This document shows, piece by piece, positions 12,751 to 26,779 of a stretch of DNA of 64,000 nt (within the stretch, counting starts at the first letter, position 1; every line of letters starts with the position of its first letter). The notes under the pieces are model-generated. The model was not told the origin of the DNA and searched no databases. It saw nothing but the letters and a program-made list of their open reading frames with translations. Made by a program: the position numbers and the translations under genes. The stretch is from the NCBI GenBank assembly GCA_951406725.2, contig OX597825.1:34100001-34164000 (forward strand), given 5' to 3'. The DNA comes from Octopus vulgaris (Eukaryota).

Positions 12751-13794
12751 CAAATATGTGTACCTGTGTGCTAATGAGGGAGCTTCCTCATGATTATCTG
12801 ACTGAGTAGAAATAGCAGTTAAATCTTTCTCATCTCTAACCTTACCATCATAAAACAGGAAGAGCACATTGGTTTATGTTGTTTCAGGTACACTATGTTA
12901 AAAAAACATGAGATTTTAAAATTTTATTCTTTTACTTGTTTGACTTATTTGACTGCAGCCATGCTGGAGCACTGCCTTGAAGGATTTTAGTCGAACAAGT
13001 CGACCCACGATTTTTTTTTTTAAGCCTAGTATTTATTTATTGGTTCCTTTTGCTGAAGTTATGAGGATCTAAACACACCAACACCATTTGTCAAGCAGTT
13101 AGGGGGGGGGGGACAAACACAGACACAAAGACACACACACACACACACATACGACAGGCTTCTTTTAGTTTCCATCTACTAAATCCAGTCACAGGCTTTT
13201 TTGGCCTGAGGCTATAGTAGAAGACATTTGTTCAAGATGGCACATGGTGGGACTGAACCTGGAACCATGTGGTTAGGAAGCAGGTTTCTTACCATGCAGC
13301 CATGCCTGTGCCTATGGTTATGAATGGAATACCTTTGATCACAGGTTTGCTCAGACATGGCCAAACTGAGGTAAATAGCAACGACATGTGTATCTATAAT
13401 AGACACGCACAAACATGCACACACACACTCACACACACACACACACACGTACACATGCACACCCACACACATGCTTGTGCACACACAATGCATACATTCA
13501 TCCCTAAGGCACTTCTGTCGTCCTACTCACATGTTTCTTCAGCTCTTATCACCTTTGTTATATCTTATCGCCCCAACCCTCACCTGACCCTGCCCTAAGA
13601 ACTATGCTCAGTCCTTTTGCTCTTGACCATTGGCCTTTCTGGAATCTTCTTCAGCTTAGATTTTCCTTGTGGTGTTGAATTGCAACTGTTTCAAAGGAAC
13701 ATTAGCAACAAAATGCTCTTCAGTGTTGGAGGATCTGTTTAGTCATGGGCACTATCTTTGTCTTTAGCCAATAAAATATAAATTAATCAAATTT

Positions 13795-13820
13795 AATTGT
13801 TGTTGCTATTATTATTATTA

Positions 13821-13878
<58 letters not shown>

Positions 13879-13921
13879 CATTATTATTGTTATTATTATC
13901 ATTATTATTGTTATTATTATT
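13795..13921. repeat. (TAA/ATT)n microsatellite; others at 15545-15609 and 16190-16416
   Basis: Direct reading; source of the poly-L/N/Y/I ORFs. Confidence 0.95.
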
Positions 13922-14400
13922 GAGTGAGAGAGTAGTGCATGCCATCAAAGTGACACTGGGGTACAAATATATGAAGCTCAATATACATATCATGACTACC
14001 TGTCTGATAAGGGTGCATCACAACCATATATGCATGACATGTGATTTCATATCAAGATAAACAGTGCATGACCAGGTGGTGTCCAGTTAGAATTTTCTTC
14101 AGGTTGAGTAGCCCCATCCTGCTCAAAAGTCCTTGAATAGGGTTTGTTGAAGGATGATGAACAAGACACCCATGTTTCCAGGGATGAATTATTCAAACCC
14201 CAAAGAATTCCTCTCAACACATAGCTATGATGCTCACCAACTGCTTCTGCTTGTGACCAAAGATGTACATACTGTCAGTCATTAAAGAACATGCTCAACT
14301 GGTTATGGTCAAGCAACTGACAAGCGAATCTGTGGTATTGAGCAGAATATTTGCTGTTGCCCATCTTTTATACCACGACAAATTATGTACATGGTAACAC
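13922..14400 (-). mobile_element. TAA-tailed interspersed retro-repeat; second copy at 15610-16040
   Basis: Both copies start gagtgagagag..gtgca..atcaaagt.acactggggtaca next to (ATT)n and share ttcaggttgagtagccc, gtgaattattc.aacc. Confidence 0.7.
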
Positions 14401-14419
14401 TTCCAATCATGTCTTGCAA

Positions 14420-15245
14420 ACAACTTGCACATGCAAGTGCTACCAGTCAAAAACTCTGCATATCAGAAGCCAGCAAGTGTATGGGGTGATCAGGAGAGAA
14501 TGCATGCCATTTCGGGACCTTCCTCTCAACAGCATCAACACGCACCGCCCCCACCCCCTCACTGATATGAGACCCTGCTTGCTAGATCAGCTGGTTATCA
14601 AATAAAGCTCAATATTCTTCTAGCCATCGCTCATCGTCTCTTTTTAACCAAATCCAGTGGCTAGCCTTCTCCACTGTAGTTTGGATATCAGTCATGGTGG
14701 TATTGACTTTACGATGAGTTAGGCCTAATGATAACAACAGTCGTCTCACACTGTGTCCAACGAACCCTCTACATCCGACTTCGATTGGAAAATGTTCCGC
14801 TTTCCAGCCTGTGTCTTCACATTCCTCGAGGAGATTTACATAATGGTCAATCTTTTGAGCCCGAGTGGCGTCCATATTATCTTCATGAGGAACCCTTAAT
14901 TCGACTAGATTTACAACTTTCCTTCTTTCACACCACATCAAAATGTCTGGTTTCTTCATAATTGGGATGGGAAAGAATCCCTGGCACCCAGGTAAATCTG
15001 CAGTCACCTCCCAATAGCCGTTCCACTTTTCATCTCTCACAGGAAATTTCTTGATCTTCTTCTTGAAACGGCCCCGCTGGCCTGATCACACGAAGGTAAC
15101 GAAATCTCTAGACGGTTTTTTCTCAGTGTTGTTGAGATGAATTTGGCTCTTTATAGCATTGAAGATAACCTTAAGGACCAAGTTGTGTCTCCATGTATAC
15201 CTCTTCAATGCTAATGAACAGTTGGAAAGAATATGAATAGGCCTT
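14420..15245 (-). mobile_element. 3' fragment of an RLE-type non-LTR retrotransposon (HERO-like)
   Basis: ORF 14609-15040 KPDILMW..VELRVPHEDN..FPIEVGCRGF (restriction-like endonuclease); upstream HILSNC..RYTWRHNLVL. Confidence 0.8.
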
Positions 15246-16219
15246 CATAGAGAAAACTGTCTCTTCTCACTGCAGAGAACACACACACACAGTGTTACAA
15301 ACACGGCCTACACACCCACCTTCACATTCCATGACTACCATTGGGACCGGACAAAAATACTAGATTATTTTTCAGGTTCTTTTTTACTTAATTTTTGAAA
15401 GCAGTCGGGTTCATTTTTAGTATTCTCATTTGTGAAAGCAGTCGACTTTATTTCAGATATTCTCATTTTAATAATCATCTCTGGCTAATTGTCAAGAGGA
15501 CATTGGTGTTGCCTCATTGAAGGTTTGCACTCTCTGAGTGCTCTTGTTATTATTATTATCATTATTATTATTATTATTATTATTATCATCATTATTATTA
15601 TTATTATTGAGTGAGTGAGAGAGCAGTGCAGGATATCAAAGTTACACTGGGGTACAAAGCCCAATATACCCATCATGACTACCCATCTGATAAGAATACA
15701 CTGGACACATGCATCACAACTACATGTGTGCAACATAGTGATCTCATATCAAGATAAACAGCACATAACCTTGCAGGTGGGTCCCAGTTAGAGTTTTGTT
15801 CAGGTTGAGTAGCCCACTCTGCTCAAAAGCTCCCTGAATAAGGGTTGTTTAAGCATGTTGAACAAAACAACCATATTTCCAAAAGGTGAATTATTCGAAC
15901 CACAAAGAATTCTTCTCAACATGTGGCTATGATGCTACCCCACTACTTCAGCTCATAACCAGGGATGCACATATCATCAGCCATGCTCAATTGGTTAAGG
16001 TCAAACAACTGATGAGCAAATCTGTGGTATTGAGTAGAATTATTATTATTATTATTCCACCAAGGCTGACATTGTCCTTCATCCTTTTGGCGTCGAAAAA
16101 ATAAACACTAGTTGAGCACTGAGGTAATTGACATATCCCCTCCCCACAAATTGCTGGCCTTGTACCAAAATTTGAAACCATTCTTCTTCTTCTTATTATT
16201 ATTATTATTATTATTATTA

Positions 16220-16270
<51 letters not shown>

Positions 16271-16273
16271 TAC

Positions 16274-16321
<48 letters not shown>

Positions 16322-16342
16322 TATTATTATTATTATTATTAC

Positions 16343-16387
<45 letters not shown>

Positions 16388-19300
16388 CATTATTATTATT
16401 ATTATTATTATTATTAAGTTATTGAGATTGTAGAATTGAATTGTTTCAGTGTTGGACAAAAGGCTTATGTTGGGAATATAGAGGTCCTCGTGAAGAATAC
16501 TGCTGATGTTGAAGCCCCACTGGCAGCAACAGTGTACAACAGTAATGTCAGCAGCAACAGCAGTAAAGGGAAGGACAACAGCTGTTGCACTGGCACCAAT
16601 AACATTAGTAACAACAACAATGACATCCACAGCAGAATGTAAACATACCACCTAGGAAAATGTTCAACCAAACTCCCTCTTACAGTTCTATCTTTAAGAG
16701 ATAAGGAATTATGTACATTATTTACATTATTTACTTTCGACTGATGTAAGGATGAGGACAAATATCCATTGAGTGTAAATAATGTAAATAATATACAAAC
16801 TCCCCCTTGATTACTATTCCTCTCTCCCTAACTTTTTCAAACACACACAAACATTCTTATGCTCCCTCCTATGCTGGTCTTTTCTCAAGTGTAAATATCA
16901 TCTTGTGAGGAGGGACAACCAATTAAAAATAAAAATATGGCTGTGTGGTAGGTGCAAGCATGGCTGTGTGGTAAGAAGTCTGCTTCTTAACTGCTCGATT
17001 CTGGGTTCAGTCTCACTGCATGGCACTTTGGACAAATGATTTCTACTATAGCCTCAGGCTAACCAAAGCCTTGTGAGAGGATTTGGTAGATGGAAACTGA
17101 AAGAAGCCCATCATATGTATATGTGTGTGTGTATATATATATATATATTGATGTGTGTGTGTGTCTTTGTGTCTGTGTTTGTATACCTCCATCAACTCTT
17201 GGTAACTGGTGTTGGTGTGTTTATATCCCTGTAACTTTGTGATTCAACAAAAGAAACTGATAGAATAAGTACTAGTAGGCTTTAAAAAATAAGTCATATG
17301 GTCTATTCGTTTGACTAAAACCCTTCAAAGTGGTGCTCCAGCATGGCTGCAGTAAAATGATTGAAACAAGTAAAAGAATAAAAAAATAAAATAAATATAA
17401 TAAGAAGAAAATAAAAAATAAAAGGATGCACTTGCTCTGAACAAGCCTCACGCCCATAACTGCATCATTGAAACTACAGTCACAGCCAGCATAAAGAAAT
17501 CCACAATGATTACTTCTGCCAACAACATACACCCCAACAAAAAGAAAACATAGTAGACTGATATACAAACACAACAACAACAACAAAATACATCCACTTC
17601 AAACTTTGTGCTGATAAGGAACACAAATAAAAATTTGATGCCCTTCATAGAAGGGAAACTAAAAGCAATTAAATAGAGGGTCCGGTACAGCTCTTTCAAA
17701 GTGCAAAACAAAAAAAGAAAAATGAAATTAATAAAGCTGGACTTACTTGGGGACATAAAATATAGAGGGATGTAGGAAGTTTGAATGTAAGGTCCAGTAG
17801 AAGGCTTCAAAAGGACTTTTCAAATAAAACCTTAAACTCCATGGAAACTGAATTACATCATCTCCAGAACCACAAAATGGGTAAGTAACTTGTTTCCTTT
17901 TCTCATCATTACCATTCAGCCAGATTGGTGGTTCTGAGAATGGGATGCATAAGTGCATATGGTCTGGAATTATCCTGGAAGCAAGATCACCTTGGATGTA
18001 ACAGCCATCAGCAAGACCAGAATTTCCAACACATGTGCTTTAACACCTAGTTTTGGCAATTTTGAGATTTTTGCATCTCCTACTCAGCCTGGAATGAGCA
18101 GGGTAATTAGATTGGTGGGGAGGCTGGGTGGCAGTGCTATTCCAGCCAGAAAGAAGGTGATGTGGTGAATCAGTGAAGTGGACAGAACCATAATAACAGA
18201 GACAGGCTTGGAAAAAACTGGAAAAAGGGTAAAACTGAGAATGATACCAAGTAAGTAGAAGGGAAACTGTGTGACAAATTTATTTAGCAAAGTATAAAGT
18301 AGAATGGGAGAAATTTGCTAATGTTTTTTGTCATTAAGATCAGAAATATGATCTGGATTGTGAGATAGCAAACTAAAGAGATTTGTGGCATTGTGGCTGA
18401 GAAAGGTATACGGATGGATAATGGTATACTTGTACTTAGTATTTCTGAAAAGAAGGAAACATCTATAAAGGCATGTTCTGAACACTAAACTGTTCATTGT
18501 TCAAAGGTCTGGATGAAATTTTACCTTTGTTGTAAGCAGGTGAGTGTTGGGAACAGGAAGGTGGTCAAACCACAGAAAATCCAGCTTCAACAAGTTACAT
18601 GTAACTCATGCAAATGTGAAATAGTGGAGATTACAACAAAATAGAAATGGCAGACATGTATATGTGTATATGTATGCTCAATATAAATATTTGGTTGACA
18701 ACTGATGAATGATATTAATATAATATAATATAATATAATATAATATATGTAATATAATACATATATACTAGTGCAGACATGCTATCTTTAAGACAGCATG
18801 TGTTAATATGTTGGGGTGATATCATTGTATATATTCTATAGCATATATGTGTAAGTATATATATATGGCATGCATGTGAGAAGAAAGCTGGAAAAACATT
18901 CAACAAGGATGAAGCTTGAACATTAATAATGGAAAATGCAGTGCTAAAGGATGAAATGTTAAGGGAATGTGCATTTATATAGCAATAAAAAAAATTACAA
19001 GCTTATTACTGCCAATAAATTTTATAATATATATCTGTATATACACACTACAATGCATTTTTAATACAATTAGTATTTGTTACTAAACATAATATCCTCA
19101 TCAATACTGTTATCCTATTTACATTTATGTGTAGTGAAAATCTATTTATATATATGTGTGAGTGTATGTATGTATGTATGTATGTATGTATGTATATACT
19201 AATATGTGTGTGTATGTATGTATGTATGTATGTATGTATGTATGTATTTATGCATGTATGTATGTATGTATACTAATGTGTGTGTATATATACACATACA

Positions 19301-20115
19301 TACAGAACACTCTGAGATGAGTGGGGAGGAGGAAGGAAAGTAACCTCAAATCAAAGACCTGATCTGAATGTGTGCAATACAAAGGACTCCTAAGGTGGTG
19401 AGCTGGCAGAAACATTAGCATGCTGGGCAAAATGCTTAGCAGTATTTTGTCTAACTTTACATTCTGAGTTCAAATTCTGCTGAGGTTGGCTTTACCTTTC
19501 ATCCTTTCAGGGTGGATAAATTAAGTACCAGTAGCATACTGGAGTCGATCTAATTGACTGGCCCTCCCCCAAAATTTTGGGCCTTGTGCCTAGATTATAA
19601 AAGAATATAGTGGACTCCAGTGAAAGCACCTAAGATGACAGACAGTGGGTTTTAAATTGGATAACAAATTAAGGTTGTCACCCAAACAAAACGATGACAA
19701 GATTTGAACTCAAAAACACATTGAGTTGGAACAAATACTACAAGATACTTGATCCAATGTTTTTGCAGTTCTGTTCATCCATCTCCTGGATTAATACTTT
19801 TTTTTTTCATCAACCCTGAAAGGATGAAAGGCGAATTTGACATAAGAATGCACAAATGACTATTTTCCAATAAATTTTGGATATTTCCAAGTTTACTCAG
19901 AGAAGAAATAATAATTAATACAGCAGGTGGTATGTTTAGATTCTGTTGTGGGCGTCATTGTTGTTTACATCCTCATAAATTAGTGGTCTGATGATAGAGC
20001 CGAATAGAATAAGTACCTAGCTTATAAATAAGTACTGGGATTAATATGTTCATCTGAACCAGATGGACCCTCAGGACCTATATAAGATTTTTGTGGGTCC
20101 AAGCAACAAAATAAT

Positions 20116-20616
20116 ATTGGGTTGTCTGGAAAGTTCCTGCTGATTTTAAAAGGAAAGAAAAAGGTCAATAAATACTTGCCATTACATTTTTAATCAACTA
20201 AATATGAACCATTTTGTTGCACAATGCATCTCCATCTTTCCTTTAACTTGAAAATACCCTCTTCCCAGAACTGAGGTGGTTTAATGGCAAAGAATTCATC
20301 AAGGTATCTTTTTATGTCATCCAAGGAATTGAAATTTTTACCCTCAAGACTATTCTGCAGAGACCTCAATAAGTGGAAATCCGAAAGAACAATATCTGGT
20401 GAATATGGAGTAATACACAGGCATCAAGTGCCGAAAATGAACTTTCTTATCTTCTATTTTAAAATGGAAGATAAGAAAGTGTGCATAGAATTAACACAGG
20501 TTATAGGAACATAAAACTTCTTCCTCGAAAAGATAGCTTAAACTGTGCTCTAAATGGAGGTGTAGTCAAATCCTATTTTATGGACTCAACCATGTTCTAA
20601 AATAAGTCGAAAATAA
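20116..20616 (-). mobile_element. Internally deleted mariner element
   Basis: TIRs ttgggttgtctggaaagtt / aactttccggacaacccaa with TA flanks; minus strand encodes YSPDIVLSDFHL..EEGIFKLKERW (mariner C-terminus). Confidence 0.85.
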
Positions 20617-22204
20617 GCTACTATAAATCAGCACAAACTTTCCGGACAACCCAATAGATTGGGGATCCTGAAAAAATTTTGCTTTCGATGTATGTATTGT
20701 TATGTATTGCAGGAAACAGCTGGATGCTTTTTCTCTAACATTTTATATAGTTCGACCTACTCAAGTTAAAGTGTGAAAAACAAAATAGGAATTTTAAAAG
20801 AAGTTTCTATAAAACTAGTTTTTGAACATTGAAGAGTAATGAGATGGGGGTCCACCAGAATAAAATAGTAATGAAAGGGGTCTGTAGGTGAGAAATGGTT
20901 GAGAACTCCTGAACCCTTCAAGGTTGTGGCCCAGCATGTTCTACAGTTCAATGAATAAAGCAAGTGAAAGATAAAAGATAAAAACAAACAAGTAGAGGAA
21001 ATAAGGAACCACAACTTACTGGTTAATTAAAAATATAATTTCCACAAATCAGTGACTGATCTGAATCAGTACGGTGTCAAGGTAAATTTTTTTTTTTTAT
21101 AATTTTGATCCTTTATATTCTGATTTCAAATCTTATTGGGATCAGCTTGCTTGTTAGTTCTTTTGTTGGTTTGGTAAACTGATTCTAATGAAGAGTGTGG
21201 TGAATCAATATATATGTGCTACACAGCTGCATCTAATCCACTCCTAACAAATTTGGGGCTTGATTCTAAAGTGAGATATATTTGGTCAATGAGATTGTAT
21301 GAGTACATGTGTTTGTAATTTTAGTATATTGGTGTGACTAATTAAATGTGTGTGTGTGTGTGTTATATAGGCAATTATATATAAATATAGGCACATGTTT
21401 ACATGTATACATGCATGTTTGTATACACATACATATGTGTGTATGTGTAATTCACTTGAATAGTAGCTGAGAGCAGGATGTTCTTTAAAGTAACAAACAG
21501 AATTTGAAAATTCACTTCAAAAACAATCCTTAGTATTCCTTTATTTTCTTTTTCTTTTTTTTTTTGTCTATGATTCACAAATCTTCTCACAGATATTCCT
21601 GTACAGTACTTACATGTTTAATATTTTCATTTATTCAGAGAATGTCTGTTGCCACTGAAAACAATAGAACTATGATGAGGAGGATGTTAGTCATAAAACA
21701 AGTCAATAAAATACGTTAATTTCATCAACTCCAGTGCTCCGCTGGTACTTATCTTGTCAACCAAAAAAGGAAGGCGGGTAAAGTTGACCTTGGTGGAATT
21801 TGAATTCAAAACATGGATATGGATGAAATGCTGCTAACCATATTGCCTGCTGTGCTATCAATTCTACCAGTTTGCCAACCTATTGTTAATGTTAATATTA
21901 ACATCATTCTTAAGTTAATGCAAACAAACTCATATTCATGCATAACCTTTTTTTGATAAGCAGAGCAGTTTCTTCCAGGTTTTTGTTAAGGTATACTCAT
22001 TCAGAAATTCTAAGGTTGTATGGCTGACAGTATTTCTCAGGGCATTCACAACAAGTCCTTAAGATTTTTACCTCTTTTTTTTTTAAACTTTATTGATAGC
22101 ATAGTGGTTAAGAGCGAGTTCGATTCCAACACTAACAACGATAATAATTATAACAATATCGAAAAATACCTTAGGAATGAGAACCAGGTTCGAAATTTCC
22201 CCAT

Positions 22205-22247
22205 GACACCTGAAGAAGACTGGAAGGTATATCAGCCGAAACGTGTT
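22205..22247 (+). ncRNA. Degenerate minimal type I hammerhead motif (Penelope-type)
   Basis: gacac-CTGAAGA-a-gactg..cagcc-GAAAC-gtgtt; cleavage triplet apparently deleted. Confidence 0.5.
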
Positions 22248-22332
22248 AACAACAAACACGATGAGGACAAATATCCATCGAATCTTAGCTGCTGTTTTTC
22301 AACAGATACTATCTAAGTAAAATCATATGATT

Positions 22333-25300
22333 TGTAGTGGAAATACATATTCAGTACCAGGTGGTGAAATAGCTGCATGTATATTATTACAAGAATTCAT
22401 ATAGAGATGAAGAATAAATTCAAGCACTATATCTTTACTACATAAATATATATTTTACTGCATTTATGTTGTAAAATATATTTTACTACATAAAGATATA
22501 TTTTATTTACTGGTCGATGATGATACATAATCAAAATGTAGAATCTAATTGAATGAAGTAATCTATGCAAGAAAGTTCAGAGACGGAAAATGTAGAAATA
22601 ACAGCTAAGTGGTGGTTTTCAGTCATGTGGCGTAGAGAAATAGATGGACATGGCAATTATGTGAATGGCTCTTAGTCTAATCGACTAAGAAGCGAAAAGC
22701 AGGGTTTGCAAGCTGTTTTTATTAATGGAACGCTAGACATTCTAGAAACTTCCAAGAGAAACGCTAAGCTTCTTGAATAATTATGAATCACGTCTCATGA
22801 CATAGATGCTTCGAGAAACTTAATAAAGGGAGGTTACTCTATAATCTTCCTTGTAAGGGAGATCATTCAACTATTTAGCTACACAGACCACTACACACCC
22901 CCTAAGCAGAGGTAACGTTATACAATAATGAAATTAACAAAAATGTATACATCATAAAATGTCAAACTGTAGAAACAATATCACAGTTCAAATGTAATAA
23001 ATGTTTGTTAAATTCTTGGACCAATGCACTTGTCTACCGCTTTTGGTAGTCAGAATTTGTGAAGGTATGTGCAAAGGATGTATTTGTAATGCTGAGTGTG
23101 TGTTGTCTGTAATGGGGTTGGAAATAGTTTTTTCAATGTGAGCCGTTTTTGGTCTATCAACAGAAATAGTGCCTTTACAACTGTTAAGACCTAAGATGAA
23201 AACTTTTATCTGTGCAAGAAAGTACATGAAAGAGTCCTGAATACGGTGCTGTTAAAGGATGTTGAATGGCATCGTTGCAAATAAAAACATGAGTCCAGGA
23301 AGAATAGTCCTTAGGCAAATATGTTTTAATGTCTTGTTTTCTGGTGTTCATATGTGGTAACTTTGACATATAATCATGCAAGCATTCAATAAAATTTATA
23401 GTATCGATATCTTGCCTGTTTTCAGGAACTTGTGCTACAGTTAGAGAAGAGATGTCTGTGAGTGGAATGACTTCTAGCCAGTGGGAAAAACGATCAATAC
23501 AGGTTAATAAAAACCTTGTAGCCCTGACACACAGACCAAGGCCCTACTATATCAACATGTGCTGGAATTGTGCATCTGGAGTGGAGAAAGTACCTAACGG
23601 TGCATGGATATGTTTATGTACCTTGCATCTTTGACAGTCAACACAGATACAAGTCCAATTAGCTATATCTCGACGCATGTTCGGCCAAATGAAATGAGCT
23701 GAAATAAGCTTCAATGTTGCTGTTATACCAGGATGTGAAATATTGTGTAGCGCTGAGAAAATGATACGGAGATGCTTTTGAAGAACTAAAGTGTGGCGTT
23801 TGCCAGAAGAAAAATCATAAAGGATTTGTTTGTTTGATGTCACAACTGGGAAATGTTGGAGGTCGAAAGGAATTAGTTCTGGTTGTTGTATATATTATTC
23901 AAATCAACGCCTGGTTGATCTTCCTACATTTCATCCAAATTAATTTCTGCAGTTGACAATAACGTGTTTACAGGTAAACAGGATAAAGAATCTGCAACAA
24001 TGTTCTCAGAAACTGGAATATATCATATATCACTCATGAATCGTGAAATGTAATCCAAATGCAGAATGTCTTTCGGAGACAACTTATCTGACTTGCAGTG
24101 TAAAGTGAATGATAACGGCTTATGGTCCATAAATATTGTGAAGTTTCTCCTTTCCAAAATGTGTTGGAAGTGCTTAACTGAGAGGTAAATAGCAAACAGT
24201 TCACGACTGAATGCGTTATATTTAGTTTCATCTGGTTTTAAAGGCTTAGAGAAAATTGCCAGAGGTTGACATTCGCCATGGTGAAGTTGTTGAATGACTG
24301 CGCTGATGCCAATTTCTCATGTGTCAACTACAAGAGAAATTTCAGCATCAGGAATGGGGCAAGCAAACTTGGAGATGCGAGCTTGTTTCTGTTTAGCATC
24401 ATCAAAAGCTTGTATTTTAGCAGGGGTTAAAGTGATCTTTTCTGTTCTCTTCTTGTGGTGTTGCCGTAAATTGCTGAGAGGGTAAAAAATTTCAGCACAA
24501 CGAAGTATAAAATGTCGATAGAAATTAGCTAATCCAGGAAATTGTTTGAGCTATCTTAATGAAACAGGAACTGGAATTTGTACGATTGCCTCCACCTTTT
24601 CTGGCAAAGGCCCTATTCCATCCTTATCAATGGTGTGTCCAAGGAAAGTGAGAGAAGACACACTGATAATACATTTGGTACTGTTGATACAAATTTTTTA
24701 TTGAGAAAACCGTTCAAAAAGTTGCTTCAAATGAATCTCATGTTCTTTCTTGGAAGAACTATCAATGAGAAGATCGTCAATATAGGTGCAGACAAAATCT
24801 AATCCACATATTACTTCATCAATGAAACGCAGAAAAGTACTGGCGGTGTTCCTTAACCCAAAGAACATGGTAAGAAGTTCAAATGACCCAAATTGAGTTG
24901 CAATAGCCATTTTCGGAATATCATTTGGGATTACAGGAATCTGATGGTATGTTCATATCAAATCTATTTTCGAGAAAATAGAGCAACCATGCAGAGAAGA
25001 TGCAAAATCTTGAAAACGTGTTATAGGATACCTATCTGGAATGGTAATAGTGTTGAGTCGTCTTTAGTGACCAGTAGATCTAAAATCACCAGATTTCTTT
25101 TTCACTAAATGGAGTGGTGATGACCAGTTACTCTTTGAAGGATGAATTATACCAAGCTGGAGCATGTGGCTGAACTCTGCTTTAGCAGCTTTGTGTTTTT
25201 CAGGTGGTAAACGTCTAGGACATGAGAAAACGGGAGATCAATTGGTGGTTATATGATGAATAGTTGTATGTGTTGAAGCATTGACACTGAAAGTTAAATT

Positions 25301-26359
25301 TGTTAATTCAGGAAAGGATTGAAGCAAGGCTTGATATTTGGTTGATCTGCAATAAAAAATAGTGGGCTGACAGAAGTGGAATTGAAATATATTCCTAAAG
25401 TGTGTAACTGGGTACTGCTATCAATAAGTCTCTTTTTTTTTTGACATCTTCTAATAATGAAAAATGGGTGGAGAAAAATCAGCTCATAAGATTGGATGAA
25501 GAAGGTCAGCAATGATGAAACCCACTGGAAACTTCATCTGAGATTCAAGTCCAGTGTGAGTGAAATCTCACCGAAAGTTTTAACAGGAGAGCTGTTGACT
25601 GATTGAAGAGATATGTCAGAAGCGACAAGATTTTCATTAACAAATTGAAACGGCCATATACTGCAGGACACTCCAGAATCGACTAGAAATTCTTTCTTAG
25701 ACTCGAAATTTAGTATGAGAAATGCGTGACTAGGAGAAAATGTGCCAGGAGCTGCAGTCACACTTAGAGTTCAGCTTTTTAGTTTTCCTGTGTTTTAAAT
25801 GTACAAAGTGAAATACATTTCCTAGCTGCAGAACCAAACTTATAATGATACGCTGGGATCACCAATTTATGTAGTGGAAATATATATTCAGTACCAGGTG
25901 GTGATATAGCTGCGTGTATATATTATTACATGAGTTCATTTAGAGACGAAGAATAAATTCAAGAACTATATATTTACTACATAAAAGTATATTTTATTTA
26001 CTGGTCGATGGTGATACATAATCAAAATGTAGAATCTAATTGAATGAAGTAATCTATGCAAGAAAGTTCAGAGATAGAAAATGTAGAAATAACATCTAAG
26101 TGGTGGTTTTCAGTCATGTGACATAGAGAAATAGATGGACATGGCAATGATGTGAATGATTCTAAGTCTAATCGACTAAGAAACGAAGAGCAGGGTTTGC
26201 GAGCTGTTTTTATTAATGGAACACTAGACATTCTTGAAACTTCCAAGAGATAGGCCAAGCTTCTTGAATAATTATGAATCACGTCTCATGACATAGATAC
26301 TTCAAGAAACCTCTATGCAAGGGAGATCATTCAATTATTTAGCTACATAGACCACTGCA
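22333..26359 (-). mobile_element. Ty3/Gypsy LTR retrotransposon, CsRn1-like clade, gag-deleted and decayed
   Basis: LTRs 22333-22895 and 25870-26359 (TGT..CA ends); PBS TGGTGATCCCAGCG (tRNA-Trp-like) at ~25851-25864; PPT-like tagggggtg at ~22896; near-TSD gatt/aatt; protease FLVDSG (25534-25761), RT YIDDLLI (24698-24910), integrase HPGI..WPNMRRD..C..CQRCK (23547-23843); gag remnant YHYKFGSAARKCISLC. Confidence 0.92.
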
Positions 26360-26779
26360 AATTCTTAAAGGTTTTCTGCTTTCATGTTAAGTATCTTGCT
26401 TTCTCATCTGCAATAAACATTTAAGAGCAGATTCAAACAACACATATACTCTTTCAAATTCATTGATGGAACATGGAACCAACATTGCCTTTTCCCACAT
26501 TATGTTTGAAACTTAAAGGACAAGTTCAAAATGTTCCCATGGCCCAAAGATACTAGATTCAGCATCCACACTATCCAAAAACAAAAAAAGGATAAGTATG
26601 AAAGATCTTTCCAAGCCACAAGTTCACAATGCCAGTTTCCTGGATTCTGGGACATATTTTTTCCCTAGATGACACATTGGTCTGTTGCAAGATTACTCAT
26701 TATTGCCAACTGAAGTGTTTCGCTAAGAGCATGACCTGGTCCAGGAACTGAAATAAGCCAAGTACTAGTAGCAATTTTA

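Noticed and set aside
13793-16651. Poly-L/N/Y/I ORFs
   Set aside because: Translations of (TAA)n microsatellites
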